Source: Flavobacteriales bacterium
Lineage (GTDB): Bacteria > Bacteroidota > Bacteroidia > Flavobacteriales > BACL11
NCBI GenBank assembly: GCA_018664745.1
Contig: JABJNS010000065.1
Coordinates: forward strand, 1-50,587
Length of the DNA stretch: 50,587 nucleotides
Direction: 5' to 3'
This document shows, piece by piece, positions 40,370 to 50,587 of the stretch; the first letter of the stretch is position 1; every line of letters starts with the position of its first letter. The notes under the pieces were generated by a model that made no database searches, had not been told where the DNA came from, and worked only from the letters and a program-made list of their open reading frames with translations. Both the position numbers and the translations under genes were made by a program.

Positions 40370-41125
40370 TTATTCTTCAATTATTGACAATGGATATTTC
40401 AATTCTTTATAGACATCTAACACTGCCTTTATTATTCCTGCCCAAATCTTTGTTTCCACCTTTATAAGTAGATGATTTTTATCATCTGTAATCCAAATTT
40501 TCATTTCCTCTCCATCTTCAAAAACCCTTCCTTCTTGCATTTTGGGCTGAAAAACCATGCAATTTATCTTTCCAAATTTTGTATCTAAAACTTCATTTTG
40601 CAAATATTTTATTTCCAAATAATAATTTTCATCATCCATAAAAATAGGAATATAAAAAGACTCTCCATCAAATATACTTTCCTTTTTAAAAGTTCGTGCG
40701 TAAAACAATGCCGACAACATATCTTGAGCATTAGCTGGAATGACAAATATGCTATCTTGAGTTGTTACATTACTATCCTTGTGGCTAAAGCTATATTGCT
40801 GATTAATTAAATGTCCTCCTTCATTTACATCTCTATTAAACTCAAGAGGAAGTAGGGTAGAGGTGTCAATAAAAGTTTCATAAATATCACGAACCTTAAA
40901 AAACCAATCAAAAAAAGGAGCTGTTTTTCCTTTACCAACAATATAAAAACTTGGCTTTTGATTTATTGTTTTGATTTCTGCAATTTCTAAATCAGCATAG
41001 CCCACCCAAATTGGACCAAAAGAAACTTTATAAGCTGCATATTCGCCAACCTTGTACGGTAAATTAGTTTGTGAAAAAACAGAGCTTGTAAAAAAAAGAA
41101 AAACTATGAATAAGGATAATCTCAT
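40370..41125 (-). CDS. DUF3108-family exported protein
   Basis: GE...Y, FFKVRD.YET..D, R.V.EGG, QD.LSA.FYAR, W.TDD.N. Confidence 0.78.
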   Translation of the reverse strand: MRLSLFIVFLFFTSSVFSQTNLPYKVGEYAAYKVSFGPIWVGYADLEIAEIKTINQKPSFYIVGKGKTAPFFDWFFKVRDIYETFIDTSTLLPLEFNRDVNEGGHLINQQYSFSHKDSNVTTQDSIFVIPANAQDMLSALFYARTFKKESIFDGESFYIPIFMDDENYYLEIKYLQNEVLDTKFGKINCMVFQPKMQEGRVFEDGEEMKIWITDDKNHLLIKVETKIWAGIIKAVLDVYKELKYPLSIIEE

Positions 41126-41129
41126 AGTA

Positions 41130-41137
41130 CAAATATA
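41130..41137 (-). promoter_or_regulatory. -7 promoter box (TATATTTG)
   Basis: Exact match only 4 nt before ATG 41125. Confidence 0.65.
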
Positions 41138-41141
41138 GTAA

Positions 41142-42566
41142 TTATCCCTGTTTATGAAGATATTTTGAGAAAGCTAATAAATCAGATTCTTCAAAATGAT
41201 TAGCCATAATATGTAATCCAACAGGTAAACCGTTACTATGGTTTCCTATAGGAATTGAAATTGCAGGGTTTCCAGCAAGGTTAGCTTGTACTGTAAAGAT
41301 ATCCTCCAGATACATAACGGTAGGGTCAGTATGTTTTGTTCCTATATCAAAAGGTGTGTGTGGAGTAGTAGGAGAAATTACAAAATCAAAATTCTCAAAC
41401 ATCTCATTGGTTTTATCTTGTATTAGCCTCCTTATTTTTTGTGCTTTTGTAAAGTAAGCATCATGATAGCCTGAGCTCAACACAAAAGTACCAAGCATAA
41501 TTCTTCTTTTTACCTCCTCACCAAAACCTTCAGTACGACTATTGATATATGTACTTTCCAAATCAGTAATATTTTCACTTCTATACCCATAATGCACTCC
41601 ATCAAAACGCGCTAAATTAGAAGAAGCCTCTGCAGTTGTAATTACATAATAAGTAGGTACTAAATAATCCAAATAAGGAAAAGAAATGGGCTCAACAGTA
41701 TGGCCTTCTGCTTTTAAATCCTCAATTTTAGTTTCTATTAATTGCTTTATCTCTGGATCCAGCCCTTTACTTTCCAAGCATTCTTTTATGTAGGCAATTC
41801 GCTTAGGATTATTGTCCAATTTTGCTTTGGAATATTCCTCAACTTTTCTTGTAGAGACCGTACTATCAAACTCATCAGCACCAGCAATTACCTCTAATAA
41901 TAATGCTGCATCATCAACCGTATTTGTTAAAGGTCCTATTTGGTCGAATGAAGAGGCATAAGCAATTAATCCATAACGAGAAACACGAGCGTAAGTAGGT
42001 TTAAGACCAACAACACCACAAAAAGCTGCAGGCTGCCTAATTGACCCTCCAGTATCACTACCTAAAGTTGCTAAACAAAGTCCTACTGCAACTGCAGCTG
42101 CCGAACCTCCTGAGCTACCTCCTGCTACTTTTTTATTATCTATTGGGTTTTTAACAGTACCATAAATTGTATTTTCATTAGCTGATCCCATTGCAAATTC
42201 ATCACAATTTAAACGGCCAATAATAATAGCATCTTCAGCTAATAATTTTTCAATAACTGTTGCACTAAATAAAGACTCAAACCCATCTAAAATTTTGGAA
42301 GATGCTGATACCTTATGGTTTTGATAACATAAATTATCTTTAATCCCAATCACCATTCCTGCTAATTTACCTGCAGTGCCCATTTTTAATTTATCATCTA
42401 CCGCTAATGCTTGACTCATTGCCTCATCAGTATATACCTCAACAAAAGCATTTAAGTGCTGATTTTGAGCAATAGTATTAAGGTAGGAATTGGTAATTTC
42501 TACACAGGTAGTATTGGAAAATGAAAGTGCATTTTGCACTTCATTAAAGGAACGAAAAGTTGTCAA
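41142..42566 (-). CDS. gatA: Asp-tRNA(Asn)/Glu-tRNA(Gln) amidotransferase subunit A
   Basis: IKDN, DEFAMGS, GGSSGGS, SDTGGSIRQPA, EASSNLARFDG..YG, EVKRRIMLGT; TTG start. Confidence 0.92.
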   Translation of the reverse strand: MTTFRSFNEVQNALSFSNTTCVEITNSYLNTIAQNQHLNAFVEVYTDEAMSQALAVDDKLKMGTAGKLAGMVIGIKDNLCYQNHKVSASSKILDGFESLFSATVIEKLLAEDAIIIGRLNCDEFAMGSANENTIYGTVKNPIDNKKVAGGSSGGSAAAVAVGLCLATLGSDTGGSIRQPAAFCGVVGLKPTYARVSRYGLIAYASSFDQIGPLTNTVDDAALLLEVIAGADEFDSTVSTRKVEEYSKAKLDNNPKRIAYIKECLESKGLDPEIKQLIETKIEDLKAEGHTVEPISFPYLDYLVPTYYVITTAEASSNLARFDGVHYGYRSENITDLESTYINSRTEGFGEEVKRRIMLGTFVLSSGYHDAYFTKAQKIRRLIQDKTNEMFENFDFVISPTTPHTPFDIGTKHTDPTVMYLEDIFTVQANLAGNPAISIPIGNHSNGLPVGLHIMANHFEESDLLAFSKYLHKQG

Positions 42567-42578
42567 TGCTTAAAGGTA

Positions 42579-42758
42579 TTAATCTTCTTTATTATCTTCT
42601 TTCAAGTCTTTAGTTGCATCCTTGAATTCTTTCATTCCTTTTCCTAGTCCCTTCATTAATTCTGGAATTTTTTTACCTCCAAACATTAATAAAAAAACCA
42701 AAACAATAAGTACAATTTGCCATGGGCCAATCATTCCTAATAATATTGCTGATGTCAT
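42579..42758 (-). CDS. tatA: Twin-arginine translocase TatA/E
   Basis: G.WQI..I....[21 protein letters not shown]; start moved to ATG 42758. Confidence 0.93.
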   Translation of the reverse strand: MTSAILLGMIGPWQIVLIVLVFLLMFGGKKIPELMKGLGKGMKEFKDATKDLKEDNKED

Positions 42759-42782
42759 AATTTTAAATGTTAAATGAATATG

Positions 42783-42790
42783 CAAATTTA
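42783..42790 (-). promoter_or_regulatory. -7 promoter box (TAAATTTG) for tatA-gatA
   Basis: Exact match in the 43-bp envC-tatA gap. Confidence 0.68.
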
Positions 42791-42801
42791 TGCATTTTGA
42801 T

Positions 42802-44055
42802 TTAATAGGCCTTATATAACCATTTAGATGGGTCGTGTTTGTCATAACCCTTCCAAATTTCAAAATGCAATTCTGTTTTTTCTTCTATTTCTTGGGTAAA
42901 TACAACCCCTATTTTCTCCTTAGCCAATAGTTTGTCACCTACTTTTACACTTACCTCTTTAAGTCCAGAATATACACTAAAATATTCCCCATGATTCATT
43001 AAAATTGCCTTTCCTTCACCCTTAATAAAAAATATTCTACTAACTGTCCCATCAAAAACAGCTCTTACTTTCATGTTTTTATCAGTTGCAATATCAATAC
43101 CATTATTAAAAGTTTCCACACCAGCAAAAACAGCATGCTTTTGCCTACCATACCCCTGTACAATTACCCCTTTTGCCAAAGGCCAAGGTAGTTTTCCTTT
43201 ATTGTTATTAAATTCTGATGACAAAGCCATTGCCTCAGGAGTTAAAGAAAAACCTTTATTTTTCTTTTCTGCCTCCTCTCTTGCTTTGCGGATTTCTTCC
43301 TCAATTATCTTACGAATTTCATCATCTAGCACTTTAGTACGCTTTTGTTTCTCCTTCAGCTGCTTTTTAAATAACCTTTCAGATTTACTCAACTTATTTA
43401 CTAATTCTTGTTTTTCCTGTTTAGTTTCACTAATTGTATTAAGCTCGGTTTTCTTAGCTCCAATTAATTCCTTTTTTGATAAAGACTCTGAGATAAGCTG
43501 CTCTTTCTGAGCATCTAAATTGATTTTTTGGCTTTCTAATTCTTGTTGGCTTTCGGTAATCTTTACAGCTTGATTTTTTCGGAAAGAAGCATATTGTTTT
43601 AAGTAAATTATGCGCTTATATGCTTGATTAAAATCTTCTGCAGAAATAATAAAAATCAAATCATTACGATTGCCTTTCTTCTTAAAGCAAGCAAAAATCA
43701 TTTTTGCATATTCACTTTTTAACAGCTCCAAATTTTCTTGCTCATCTAAAATTGATTGCTCTGTTCTAATAATTGATTGCTCTGTTTTTTTTATCTGCTT
43801 ATTCAATAAGCTTATCTCAATATTCAAGGTCTGCAATAAGCGTTCTTTATTATTGATTTGCCTATCCAACACCTTTAAATAACTTAAAGATTTGGTTTTA
43901 TTTGCTTTTGTTTTGTTTAACAAATCAGTAGTAAAACTAATCTCCTTTTCAATACTTAACTTTTGTTTTTTAAGTTCTTCTTTAGTTTGAGAAAAGGCTG
44001 AGAAACTTAGCAAAAACCCAATGAATAAAAGGATATATTTATTTAGCTTCAACAT
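42802..44055 (-). CDS. envC: EnvC-like murein hydrolase activator (coiled coil plus degenerate M23 domain)
   Basis: Signal peptide, long coiled coil, [14 protein letters not shown] (His missing), LHFEIW. Confidence 0.85.
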   Translation of the reverse strand: MLKLNKYILLFIGFLLSFSAFSQTKEELKKQKLSIEKEISFTTDLLNKTKANKTKSLSYLKVLDRQINNKERLLQTLNIEISLLNKQIKKTEQSIIRTEQSILDEQENLELLKSEYAKMIFACFKKKGNRNDLIFIISAEDFNQAYKRIIYLKQYASFRKNQAVKITESQQELESQKINLDAQKEQLISESLSKKELIGAKKTELNTISETKQEKQELVNKLSKSERLFKKQLKEKQKRTKVLDDEIRKIIEEEIRKAREEAEKKNKGFSLTPEAMALSSEFNNNKGKLPWPLAKGVIVQGYGRQKHAVFAGVETFNNGIDIATDKNMKVRAVFDGTVSRIFFIKGEGKAILMNHGEYFSVYSGLKEVSVKVGDKLLAKEKIGVVFTQEIEEKTELHFEIWKGYDKHDPSKWLYKAY

Positions 44056-44773
44056 AGGAACTTGGTATTTTAAAATGTAGTTTTTGTTTTTCATTAAAAA
44101 CTATTTTTGAGTAATTTAAAGTTGCTTCAAAATTTTCAGCTGATTTTACTTTTAGTTTAAACTCCTCTGGGAAAATAAAGTCAGCTTCATTTGTAAAGTC
44201 CGAAAACTCATAAATTAATTCATTATCTCCATCCAAAATATTTGCAGTTAATATCCTATATAAATCAGCCGACACTTTATAACTCGTCTTCTTAGCATTT
44301 AATTCAAATGCATTATCAACCAACTGAAACTTGTATGAGACTTTTAAAAAATTAGGATTTGCCGTTATCATTTCTTGCACTTGCTGAAAAGAAATATCTG
44401 TTTTTAAAAAACTTGAAATATGTGAAATTGGTTTTTTAAAATATGTTTTATTTGTCCGATTGATGTAGTAAACAGAATCAGGAGTTAGCATAGTTCTGAA
44501 TAATTCAATACCAAAAGGAGCGCTAACAGAAGCCCAAACAACACTATCCTTTCTGAATTTAATATTGATATTTAAGGTAATATCTCTCTCGTCCTTAATC
44601 AAATTTACCTTTCCTTTTAAGGCTAGCCATTCTGGAGTTTTGTTTTTGGAATTTACCCTTGCAATTAATTCTTTTGCATTTTTTGGAGCTACAGAATAAT
44701 CAATTTCTCTTAGCTTAGTTCTACAAGAGCTTAAGATAAGAATTAAAAAAAAATATGACAATAACTTATTCAT
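44039..44773 (-). CDS. DUF4292-family lipoprotein (LolB-like)
   Basis: Lipobox LSSC, KDS.VW.S...FGIE..R...TPDS, F.IP..Y. Confidence 0.78.
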   Translation of the reverse strand: MNKLLSYFFLILILSSCRTKLREIDYSVAPKNAKELIARVNSKNKTPEWLALKGKVNLIKDERDITLNINIKFRKDSVVWASVSAPFGIELFRTMLTPDSVYYINRTNKTYFKKPISHISSFLKTDISFQQVQEMITANPNFLKVSYKFQLVDNAFELNAKKTSYKVSADLYRILTANILDGDNELIYEFSDFTNEADFIFPEEFKLKVKSAENFEATLNYSKIVFNEKQKLHFKIPSSYVEAK

Positions 44774-46508
44774 ATAGCTTCCCTTCTTCTATTTTCTGAT
44801 TCAAAAATTGGCTTGCTTCTCCAAGCTCTTTTGCCTTTTTCCATTGAGAAATAGCCTTGTCAATACTTCCAATCTTGTATAAAATATCGCCATAATGTTC
44901 CACCACAACAGCACTTTTATCACCCCCATTTTGCAGGGCTTTTTCCATCCATTCTTTTGCCTTTTCATATTCCTTAAGTTCATATAAAATCCAAGCATAA
45001 GTATCCTGATAAGTACCATTGTCTTTTTCCAAGTCATTGCACCTAAATGACATTTCTTTTGCTCTTTCTAATTTTATCCTTCTTACTGAAAGGTAGTATG
45101 CATAATTATTAAGGATTAGCACATTATTTGAATCAATCTCTAAAGCTTTTTCATAATATTCATCCGACAATTCATGCTCTTTAGTTGCATGATAAGAGTC
45201 AGCTAATGAAGAATAAAACTCTAACAATAGCATATCATTGTCTATGATGAATTCAATTCCCATTTCCAAAGTTGAAATCGCCTCAGGATAATGCTTAAAC
45301 CATTTGTTAGATACCCCATTAAAATAATAAAATAAAGGATCAGTTGGAAAATAAGTTAAAGCCTTCTCACTTGTTTTAAGCATTCCTTCAAAATCATTCT
45401 GTTCCGCTTGAATAAACAATACTTGGCTCCATACTTGGCTTTTTGTCTTATCCTTTTCTAGTACAATTAAATATTGCTTTTTAGCTTCCTCAAAACGACT
45501 ATCAGTATAAAGTATATCAGCATAAACCGCATGGGGTTTTACTTCATTTGGATGAGCTTCAATCAGTAGCTTTGCCAATGCATAAGCTTGCTCGCGCATA
45601 CTATCATTTACTGCAAGTAGTTGAAAATAAGAAACTAAAATTCGAACCTTAATATCAACTCCTAATTTTGTGCTTTTAAAAGCTAGTTTCAACTCTTCAA
45701 AAGACTTCATATTATCCCCTTGCTCACGATAATAGTCTGCTAAGGTTAAGTGAATTCTACCATTTTCGGGAGCAATGACAGCTAATTTTTTAAAGATTTC
45801 AAAAGCCTTATCTTTTTCATCATTCAGCAAATATACTTCTGATAATATTTCCAAAGCCTCAATATCATTAGGGAATGATTCAATCAACTTTAATAATTCA
45901 CTAATTGCACTTTTCTTTTTTTGCAACTCCATATACAGCTTATGCTTCTGCATGGACACCATCTTTTCAATTCCTTTATTTTCTTCTAAATCATCATAAA
46001 CAGCAATTGCTTTTAAAAAATCATTATCATAAATATAAGTATCGGCCAACATGTAATACAACTCCTCATTTCCCGGCTCATCAAGTAATAATTTTTTATA
46101 CTGTGTAGCCGCATTTTTAAAATCCTGATTACTAAAAAGGATTTCAGCATAAGCCAACCTATACCATCTGTTGTTTTCTTCAAGTTTAGTTGCTATTTTT
46201 ATCTGCTCAACAGCCAATTCTATGTTCCCTTGGCTTTTATTAATTAATGCTGATTCATAAAAAGGAACCGCCTGCTTATCGTTTAACTTTATACACTTTT
46301 GAAAGTATTTTAAGGCTTCTTCAAAGTTTTCTAAAGATTTTGCTTTTAAAGCCCCAAATAAATGAGTGTTGTACATGAAATTATCTTTATCAACCTCTTG
46401 CTCAACAACCTTTTTTTTCTTGTTTTTTCCCTCTGGATAATAGGATTTCCATTGCGCAAAAGTTTGCACACTCACTAAACATAATAAAATTATTATCCCT
46501 TTTTTCAT
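44766..46508 (-). CDS. Exported tetratricopeptide repeat protein
   Basis: Multiple TPR units; LNNYAYYLS, DTYAW, EHYGD..Y..G...A...W. Confidence 0.88.
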   Translation of the reverse strand: MKKGIIILLCLVSVQTFAQWKSYYPEGKNKKKKVVEQEVDKDNFMYNTHLFGALKAKSLENFEEALKYFQKCIKLNDKQAVPFYESALINKSQGNIELAVEQIKIATKLEENNRWYRLAYAEILFSNQDFKNAATQYKKLLLDEPGNEELYYMLADTYIYDNDFLKAIAVYDDLEENKGIEKMVSMQKHKLYMELQKKKSAISELLKLIESFPNDIEALEILSEVYLLNDEKDKAFEIFKKLAVIAPENGRIHLTLADYYREQGDNMKSFEELKLAFKSTKLGVDIKVRILVSYFQLLAVNDSMREQAYALAKLLIEAHPNEVKPHAVYADILYTDSRFEEAKKQYLIVLEKDKTKSQVWSQVLFIQAEQNDFEGMLKTSEKALTYFPTDPLFYYFNGVSNKWFKHYPEAISTLEMGIEFIIDNDMLLLEFYSSLADSYHATKEHELSDEYYEKALEIDSNNVLILNNYAYYLSVRRIKLERAKEMSFRCNDLEKDNGTYQDTYAWILYELKEYEKAKEWMEKALQNGGDKSAVVVEHYGDILYKIGSIDKAISQWKKAKELGEASQFLNQKIEEGKLYE

Positions 46509-46510
46509 AA

Positions 46511-46945
46511 TTATTTTACTCCTGTGCTACCAAATCCTCCCGCACCTCTTTCTGAATCCTCTAGTGATTCAACTTCAACCCACTTTGCTTGTTCGTGTTT
46601 TGCAATTACCATTTGCGCCACTCTTTCCCCATTTTCAATAATGAATTCTTCTGATGAGAGATTGACCAAAATTACGCCTATTTCTCCTCTATAATCAGCA
46701 TCAATAGTTCCTGGTGAATTAAGAACTGTAATTCCTTTTTTATACGCCAAACCACTTCTAGGACGCACTTGTGCTTCATACCCTTCTGGAAGTTCAATAA
46801 ACAAACCTGTTTTCACCAAAGTTCTTCCTAATGGCTTTAAAGATATTGACTCTGTTAAATTAGCTCTTAAATCCAAGCCTGCCGATTGTGAAGTTGCGTA
46901 TGCTGGAGAATCGTGCTGTGATTTATTTACAATTTTTATATTCAT
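46511..46945 (-). CDS. dut: dUTP diphosphatase
   Basis: [37 protein letters not shown]. Confidence 0.98.
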   Translation of the reverse strand: MNIKIVNKSQHDSPAYATSQSAGLDLRANLTESISLKPLGRTLVKTGLFIELPEGYEAQVRPRSGLAYKKGITVLNSPGTIDADYRGEIGVILVNLSSEEFIIENGERVAQMVIAKHEQAKWVEVESLEDSERGAGGFGSTGVK

Positions 46946-46956
46946 TTTTAATTCAA

Positions 46957-48369
46957 TTATTTAGGGTTTGAAATTACTGTTTTATTCTGTTTTTCTAATA
47001 CAAATATCGAAATGATAAATCCGACTAAATACAAAGAGTTATACCACATACTTGAATCTGTAAAATAGATGAAGAAATAAATACCTAACATACCTAAAAG
47101 ATATAAGCCTATTCTGCTTACTTGATAGGGAATAGGAAAATGTTTTTTGCCTAAGTAATATGAGGCAATCGTCATACTGAAATAACAGATTAAAGTAGTC
47201 CAAGCCGAACCAACAAAGCCAATAATAGGAATAAGCGTAAAGTTAAGGGTGATTGTAATTATGGCTCCAAAAACAGAAAGATACGCTCCATATTTTGTTT
47301 TCTCGGTAAGTTTGTACCAAATGGAAAGGTTGTAATAAATTCCTAAAAATAGATTAGCCAATAACAAGATTGATACCACTAAAAATCCTCTTTCATCATG
47401 ATACTCACTTCCTAAAAAGCCTTTTATAATATCATAGAAAATAGTAACCCCTAAAAATATAATTGCCATTACAATTGTAAAATACTTCATTACATCAGCA
47501 TATATTTTTTTGCTATTTCCTTCTTTTTCTTGTGCAAAAAAGAAAGGTTCTGCAGCAAACCTAAAGGTTTGGATAAATAATGTCATTATAATGGACAGCT
47601 TATAAAACGCACCATATAAACCCAACTCTGAAGCAGCAATTTCGGTATTTGGTAACAAGTGTTTTAATAAAATTCTGTCAATTGTTTCGTTAGTCATCCC
47701 CGCTAAACCTGCAATAAGTAGGGGTAAAGCGTATATCATCATTTTTTTCCAAAGTACTTTATCAAATCTCCAAGATGAATTAATCATCTCTGGGAAAAGC
47801 ATTACTAAAGTAACTATTGAAGCAATTAAGTTAGAAATGAAAATGTATTCAATACCAAACTCTTTATGTACAATAAAGTATAAGTTCAATCCAATATTTA
47901 CAAATATATTTATCAAACGAACTAAAGCAAATCGTATTGCCTTATCCTGCTCTCTTAATCTTGCAAATGAAATAGACGCAACTGCATCTAAAGCGATTAT
48001 TATTGCAAACCATTCAATGTATTCAGTATGCCCAGCATAGCCCATCCAACTAGCAATTGAGGGTGAGCTTGCAAACATCAATACCACAAAAATAATAGAA
48101 GAAACAATTAAGGATATTAGTGCGGTACTGTAAACAACCTTTACATCATTATCCTTTTTGGAAAACCTAAAAAAAGCGGTTTCTAAACCATAAGTAAGTA
48201 CAATAACCAGAAAAGCAACATAGGCATATAGCTCGGTTACCACTCCATATTCAGCCGGCAAAAAATAACGAGTATAAAGCGGAACTAGAAGGTAATTCAA
48301 CAACCTTCCGATTACACTACTCAAACCGTAAATTGCGGTTTGACTAAGTAATTTTTTAAGTGGATTCAA
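46957..48369 (-). CDS. MOP-superfamily oligosaccharide flippase (Wzx-like)
   Basis: QTAIYGLS...R....L.PLYT, YG.ET.FFRF, DR..L, F..A.EPFFF; many TM helices; TTG start. Confidence 0.82.
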   Translation of the reverse strand: MNPLKKLLSQTAIYGLSSVIGRLLNYLLVPLYTRYFLPAEYGVVTELYAYVAFLVIVLTYGLETAFFRFSKKDNDVKVVYSTALISLIVSSIIFVVLMFASSPSIASWMGYAGHTEYIEWFAIIIALDAVASISFARLREQDKAIRFALVRLINIFVNIGLNLYFIVHKEFGIEYIFISNLIASIVTLVMLFPEMINSSWRFDKVLWKKMMIYALPLLIAGLAGMTNETIDRILLKHLLPNTEIAASELGLYGAFYKLSIIMTLFIQTFRFAAEPFFFAQEKEGNSKKIYADVMKYFTIVMAIIFLGVTIFYDIIKGFLGSEYHDERGFLVVSILLLANLFLGIYYNLSIWYKLTEKTKYGAYLSVFGAIITITLNFTLIPIIGFVGSAWTTLICYFSMTIASYYLGKKHFPIPYQVSRIGLYLLGMLGIYFFIYFTDSSMWYNSLYLVGFIISIFVLEKQNKTVISNPK

Positions 48370-49143
48370 TTAAAATTTTGCTTTTCTTTTTTCCATAAAT
48401 GCAGTAGTTCCTTCAACAAATTCTAGCGTTTCAAAACAAGAACCAAATTCTGATATCTCAACTTCAAAACCATTTACGCCATCAGTAAAACCAGCATTAA
48501 CCGATTTTATTGCCTTGGCAATTGCCATTGGTGAGTTGCGTTTCATTCTTGAGGCCAACTTTTCTGCCATAGGAATTAATTCCTCTTGTGTGCAAACATG
48601 ATTTACTAAGCCCCAATCTTTCGCCTCAGTAGCCGATAGCATTCCTGCAGTAGTTATCATTTCCATAGCCTTTCCTTTTCCTACTAAGCTCGCTAATCTT
48701 TGTGTACCACCATACCCTGGAATAACGCCCAAAGAAACCTCAGGGAGTCCCATTTTAGCATTATCTGAAGCAATACGAATATGACACGCCATTGCTAATT
48801 CCAATCCGCCACCAAGAGCAAAACCATTCACAGCCGCAATGGATGGAGTTGAAGCATTTTCCAATAAATCAAATAATACTTCTTGTCCTTTTCTTGCTAG
48901 GTTTTCTCCCAATTTTTTGTCAAATTCTGCAAACTCTTTAATGTCGGCCCCCGCAACAAAGGCCTTAGTATCGGCACCAGTTAGGATAATACACCTCACT
49001 AATTTATCATTATCAGCAGCAATTATTGCTTTATTAAGTTCAGTTATAGTAGCGCCATTTAAAGCATTTAACTGCTTTGGACGATTAATAGTGATGTAAC
49101 AAATTCCCTCCTTTACCTCACTTAAAATATTATCGTAATTCAT
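48370..49143 (-). CDS. Enoyl-CoA hydratase/isomerase (crotonase family)
   Basis: NRP..LNAL, AFVAGADI, GFALGGGLELA, PEV.LG.IPGYGGTQRL; start ATG 49143. Confidence 0.92.
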   Translation of the reverse strand: MNYDNILSEVKEGICYITINRPKQLNALNGATITELNKAIIAADNDKLVRCIILTGADTKAFVAGADIKEFAEFDKKLGENLARKGQEVLFDLLENASTPSIAAVNGFALGGGLELAMACHIRIASDNAKMGLPEVSLGVIPGYGGTQRLASLVGKGKAMEMITTAGMLSATEAKDWGLVNHVCTQEELIPMAEKLASRMKRNSPMAIAKAIKSVNAGFTDGVNGFEVEISEFGSCFETLEFVEGTTAFMEKRKAKF

Positions 49144-49157
49144 GATTTTAGTTTTTA

Positions 49158-49190
49158 CAAATATATAGGATTCAATTGATTTGAAACAAA
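49158..49190 (-). promoter_or_regulatory. Full Bacteroidota promoter TTTG-N21-TATATTTG
   Basis: -33 TTTG (49187-49190) and -7 box (49158-49165) at normal spacing. Confidence 0.72.
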
Positions 49191-49219
49191 AAAACCCTCT
49201 TCCAAGGAAGAGGGTTTTT
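49188..49219 (-). terminator. Intrinsic terminator after atpG, possibly bidirectional
   Basis: A7-CCCTCTTCC-AA-GGAAGAGGG-T5 inverted repeat; U7 tail on the minus strand. Confidence 0.88.
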
Positions 49220-49241
49220 AACAATATTATTTAAAAATAAT

Positions 49242-50105
49242 TTATCCGTTTAAGGCTTCAGCACCACCAACAATTTCTAAGATCTCTCCAGTAATTGCTG
49301 CTTGCCTAGCTTTATTATAAGTTAAAGTTAATTGTTTTTTCAATTCTGAAGCATTATCAGTAGCCTTATGCATTGCAGTCATTCTTGCGCCATGTTCAGC
49401 AGCATGAGAATCTAAAACTGCTTTAAATAATTGAGTTTTTAAAGATTTAGGAGTTAGCTCTTCAACAATTTCTTGTTTAGTTGGCTCAAAAATATAATCT
49501 CCAGTAGATGCTCCTTCATTTTCAGTAGCTTGTACTGGCAAGAAGTTTTCTGCCTGAATAATTTGAGTAGCTGCATTTTTAAACTGATTATAAACCAATA
49601 CTACTTTATCATAATCACCCTCAACAAACTGCTCCATAATCCCCACAGCAACCTTTGCAACATTATCAAATGTTAAGTCGCCAAACAAAGCGTCATGCGT
49701 ACTAACAACATTAAAGCCATTCTTGGAAAAATGCTCAGAAGACTTTTTTCCAATTGAAAGAATGCTCACATTAGCGTTTGCATAATCCTCATTAATCAAA
49801 GCTTTTGCTCTTTTCATAATGTAGGCATTAAAACCACCACACAACCCTCTGTTAGAAGTAACTGTTACCAAAAGTACATTCTTAATTTCACGCTCTTGCG
49901 AATACACCCCTCCATCAGAACTATCTAAACTAGCACTTAAATTTTCTAATAATTCGGTCAACTTATTTGCATAAGGTCGCATCTGAATAATTGCATCTTG
50001 CGCTCTTTTAAGCTTTGCTGCAGATACCATTTTCATTGCAGAAGTAATCTGCATAGTTGACCCAACAGATGTAATTCTAGACCTTATTTCTTTTAAGTTA
50101 GCCAT
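49242..50105 (-). CDS. atpG: ATP synthase F1 gamma subunit
   Basis: IT.AMKMVSAAKL, RGLCGGFN, RM.AM..ATDNA, N.ARQAAIT.EI.EIVGGA. Confidence 0.98.
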   Translation of the reverse strand: MANLKEIRSRITSVGSTMQITSAMKMVSAAKLKRAQDAIIQMRPYANKLTELLENLSASLDSSDGGVYSQEREIKNVLLVTVTSNRGLCGGFNAYIMKRAKALINEDYANANVSILSIGKKSSEHFSKNGFNVVSTHDALFGDLTFDNVAKVAVGIMEQFVEGDYDKVVLVYNQFKNAATQIIQAENFLPVQATENEGASTGDYIFEPTKQEIVEELTPKSLKTQLFKAVLDSHAAEHGARMTAMHKATDNASELKKQLTLTYNKARQAAITGEILEIVGGAEALNG

Positions 50106-50108
50106 TGT

Positions 50109-50587
50109 TTAGTTTGCGTATTTTGAAGATAAATCAGCAGCTACAGTTTCTAAAGTTGACTTAATCTCATCCGTTAATTTTCCTGCTGCTAAAGCATCTA
50201 AAGTGTCTTGGTGCTTAGCATGTAAGAATGCAATAAACTCACCTTCAAATTCTTTAATCTTATTTACAGGAACATCCATTAATAAGCCGTTAGTTCCACA
50301 GAAGATAATTGCTGCTTGCTCTTCAACTCTTAAAGGAGAATATTGTCCTTGCTTTAAGATTTCAACATTACGCTTACCTTTTTCAATTACTGCATTTGTT
50401 GCAGCATCTAAATCAGAACCAAACTTAGCAAATGCCTCTAACTCTCTATATTGTGCTTGATCTAGTTTTAATGTTCCAGAAATCTTTTTCATTGACTTAA
50501 TTTGTGCAGCACCACCAACTCTTGATACCGAAATACCAACATTAATTGCAGGACGAACACCTGATAAGAAAAGATTAGACTCTAAGA
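50109..50587 (-). CDS. atpA: ATP synthase F1 alpha subunit, C-terminal part (5' end outside the window)
   Basis: [34 protein letters not shown]. Confidence 0.97.
   Translation of the reverse strand, partial: LESNLFLSGVRPAINVGISVSRVGGAAQIKSMKKISGTLKLDQAQYRELEAFAKFGSDLDAATNAVIEKGKRNVEILKQGQYSPLRVEEQAAIIFCGTNGLLMDVPVNKIKEFEGEFIAFLHAKHQDTLDALAAGKLTDEIKSTLETVAADLSSKYAN

Noticed and set aside
42759..42863. N-terminal extensions in the ORF track (tatA; also gltX, BNR protein, mltD, asnS, envC, crotonase)
   Set aside because: Longest-ORF artefacts: they run through promoter boxes or neighbouring genes, and downstream ATGs give normal N-termini.
964..50460. The many other 60-145 aa ORFs nested in or antisense to identified genes
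   Set aside because: They lie wholly or largely over well-supported genes, have no recognisable motifs, and have shadow-ORF composition.
1..50587. CRISPR arrays, IS elements, prophage, defence systems, riboswitches and sigma-54 promoters
   Set aside because: No spaced repeats, transposase, integrase or phage motifs seen; intergenic gaps are short; no convincing GG-N10-GC promoter found by eye.

Overview
AT-rich, very compact core-chromosome segment of a Bacteroidota bacterium, probably a Flavobacteriales-type lineage. The assignment rests on TAnnTTTG promoters, no obvious Shine-Dalgarno sequences, type IX secretion (T9SS) genes and the gene order. The window holds 37 protein genes and one tRNA-Arg(TCG). 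Translation and RNA genes: glyQS, gltX, asnS, gatA, mnmG, ybeY. Other housekeeping genes: folB, recO, dxs, rpoN, dut, tatA, atpG, atpA (partial). It also carries a TetR-TolC-MFP-RND efflux operon, peptidoglycan enzymes (MltD-like, two M23 proteins), porZ, a porP/sprF cassette and three T9SS cargo candidates. I found no mobile element, CRISPR array, prophage or defence system, and I cannot support a clearly new multi-gene system. The best second-look items are small: a parS-like palindrome that also encodes a zinc-ribbon CxxC next to mnmG; a G9 tract in a TonB-dependent receptor; a T9SS cargo/PorP/PorE-like triad with an atypical OmpA-like domain; an FN3 protein with a shortened C-terminal sorting signal; apparent leaderless genes; and a gatA without adjacent gatB/gatC. 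All calls come from reading motifs by eye, with no database searches.
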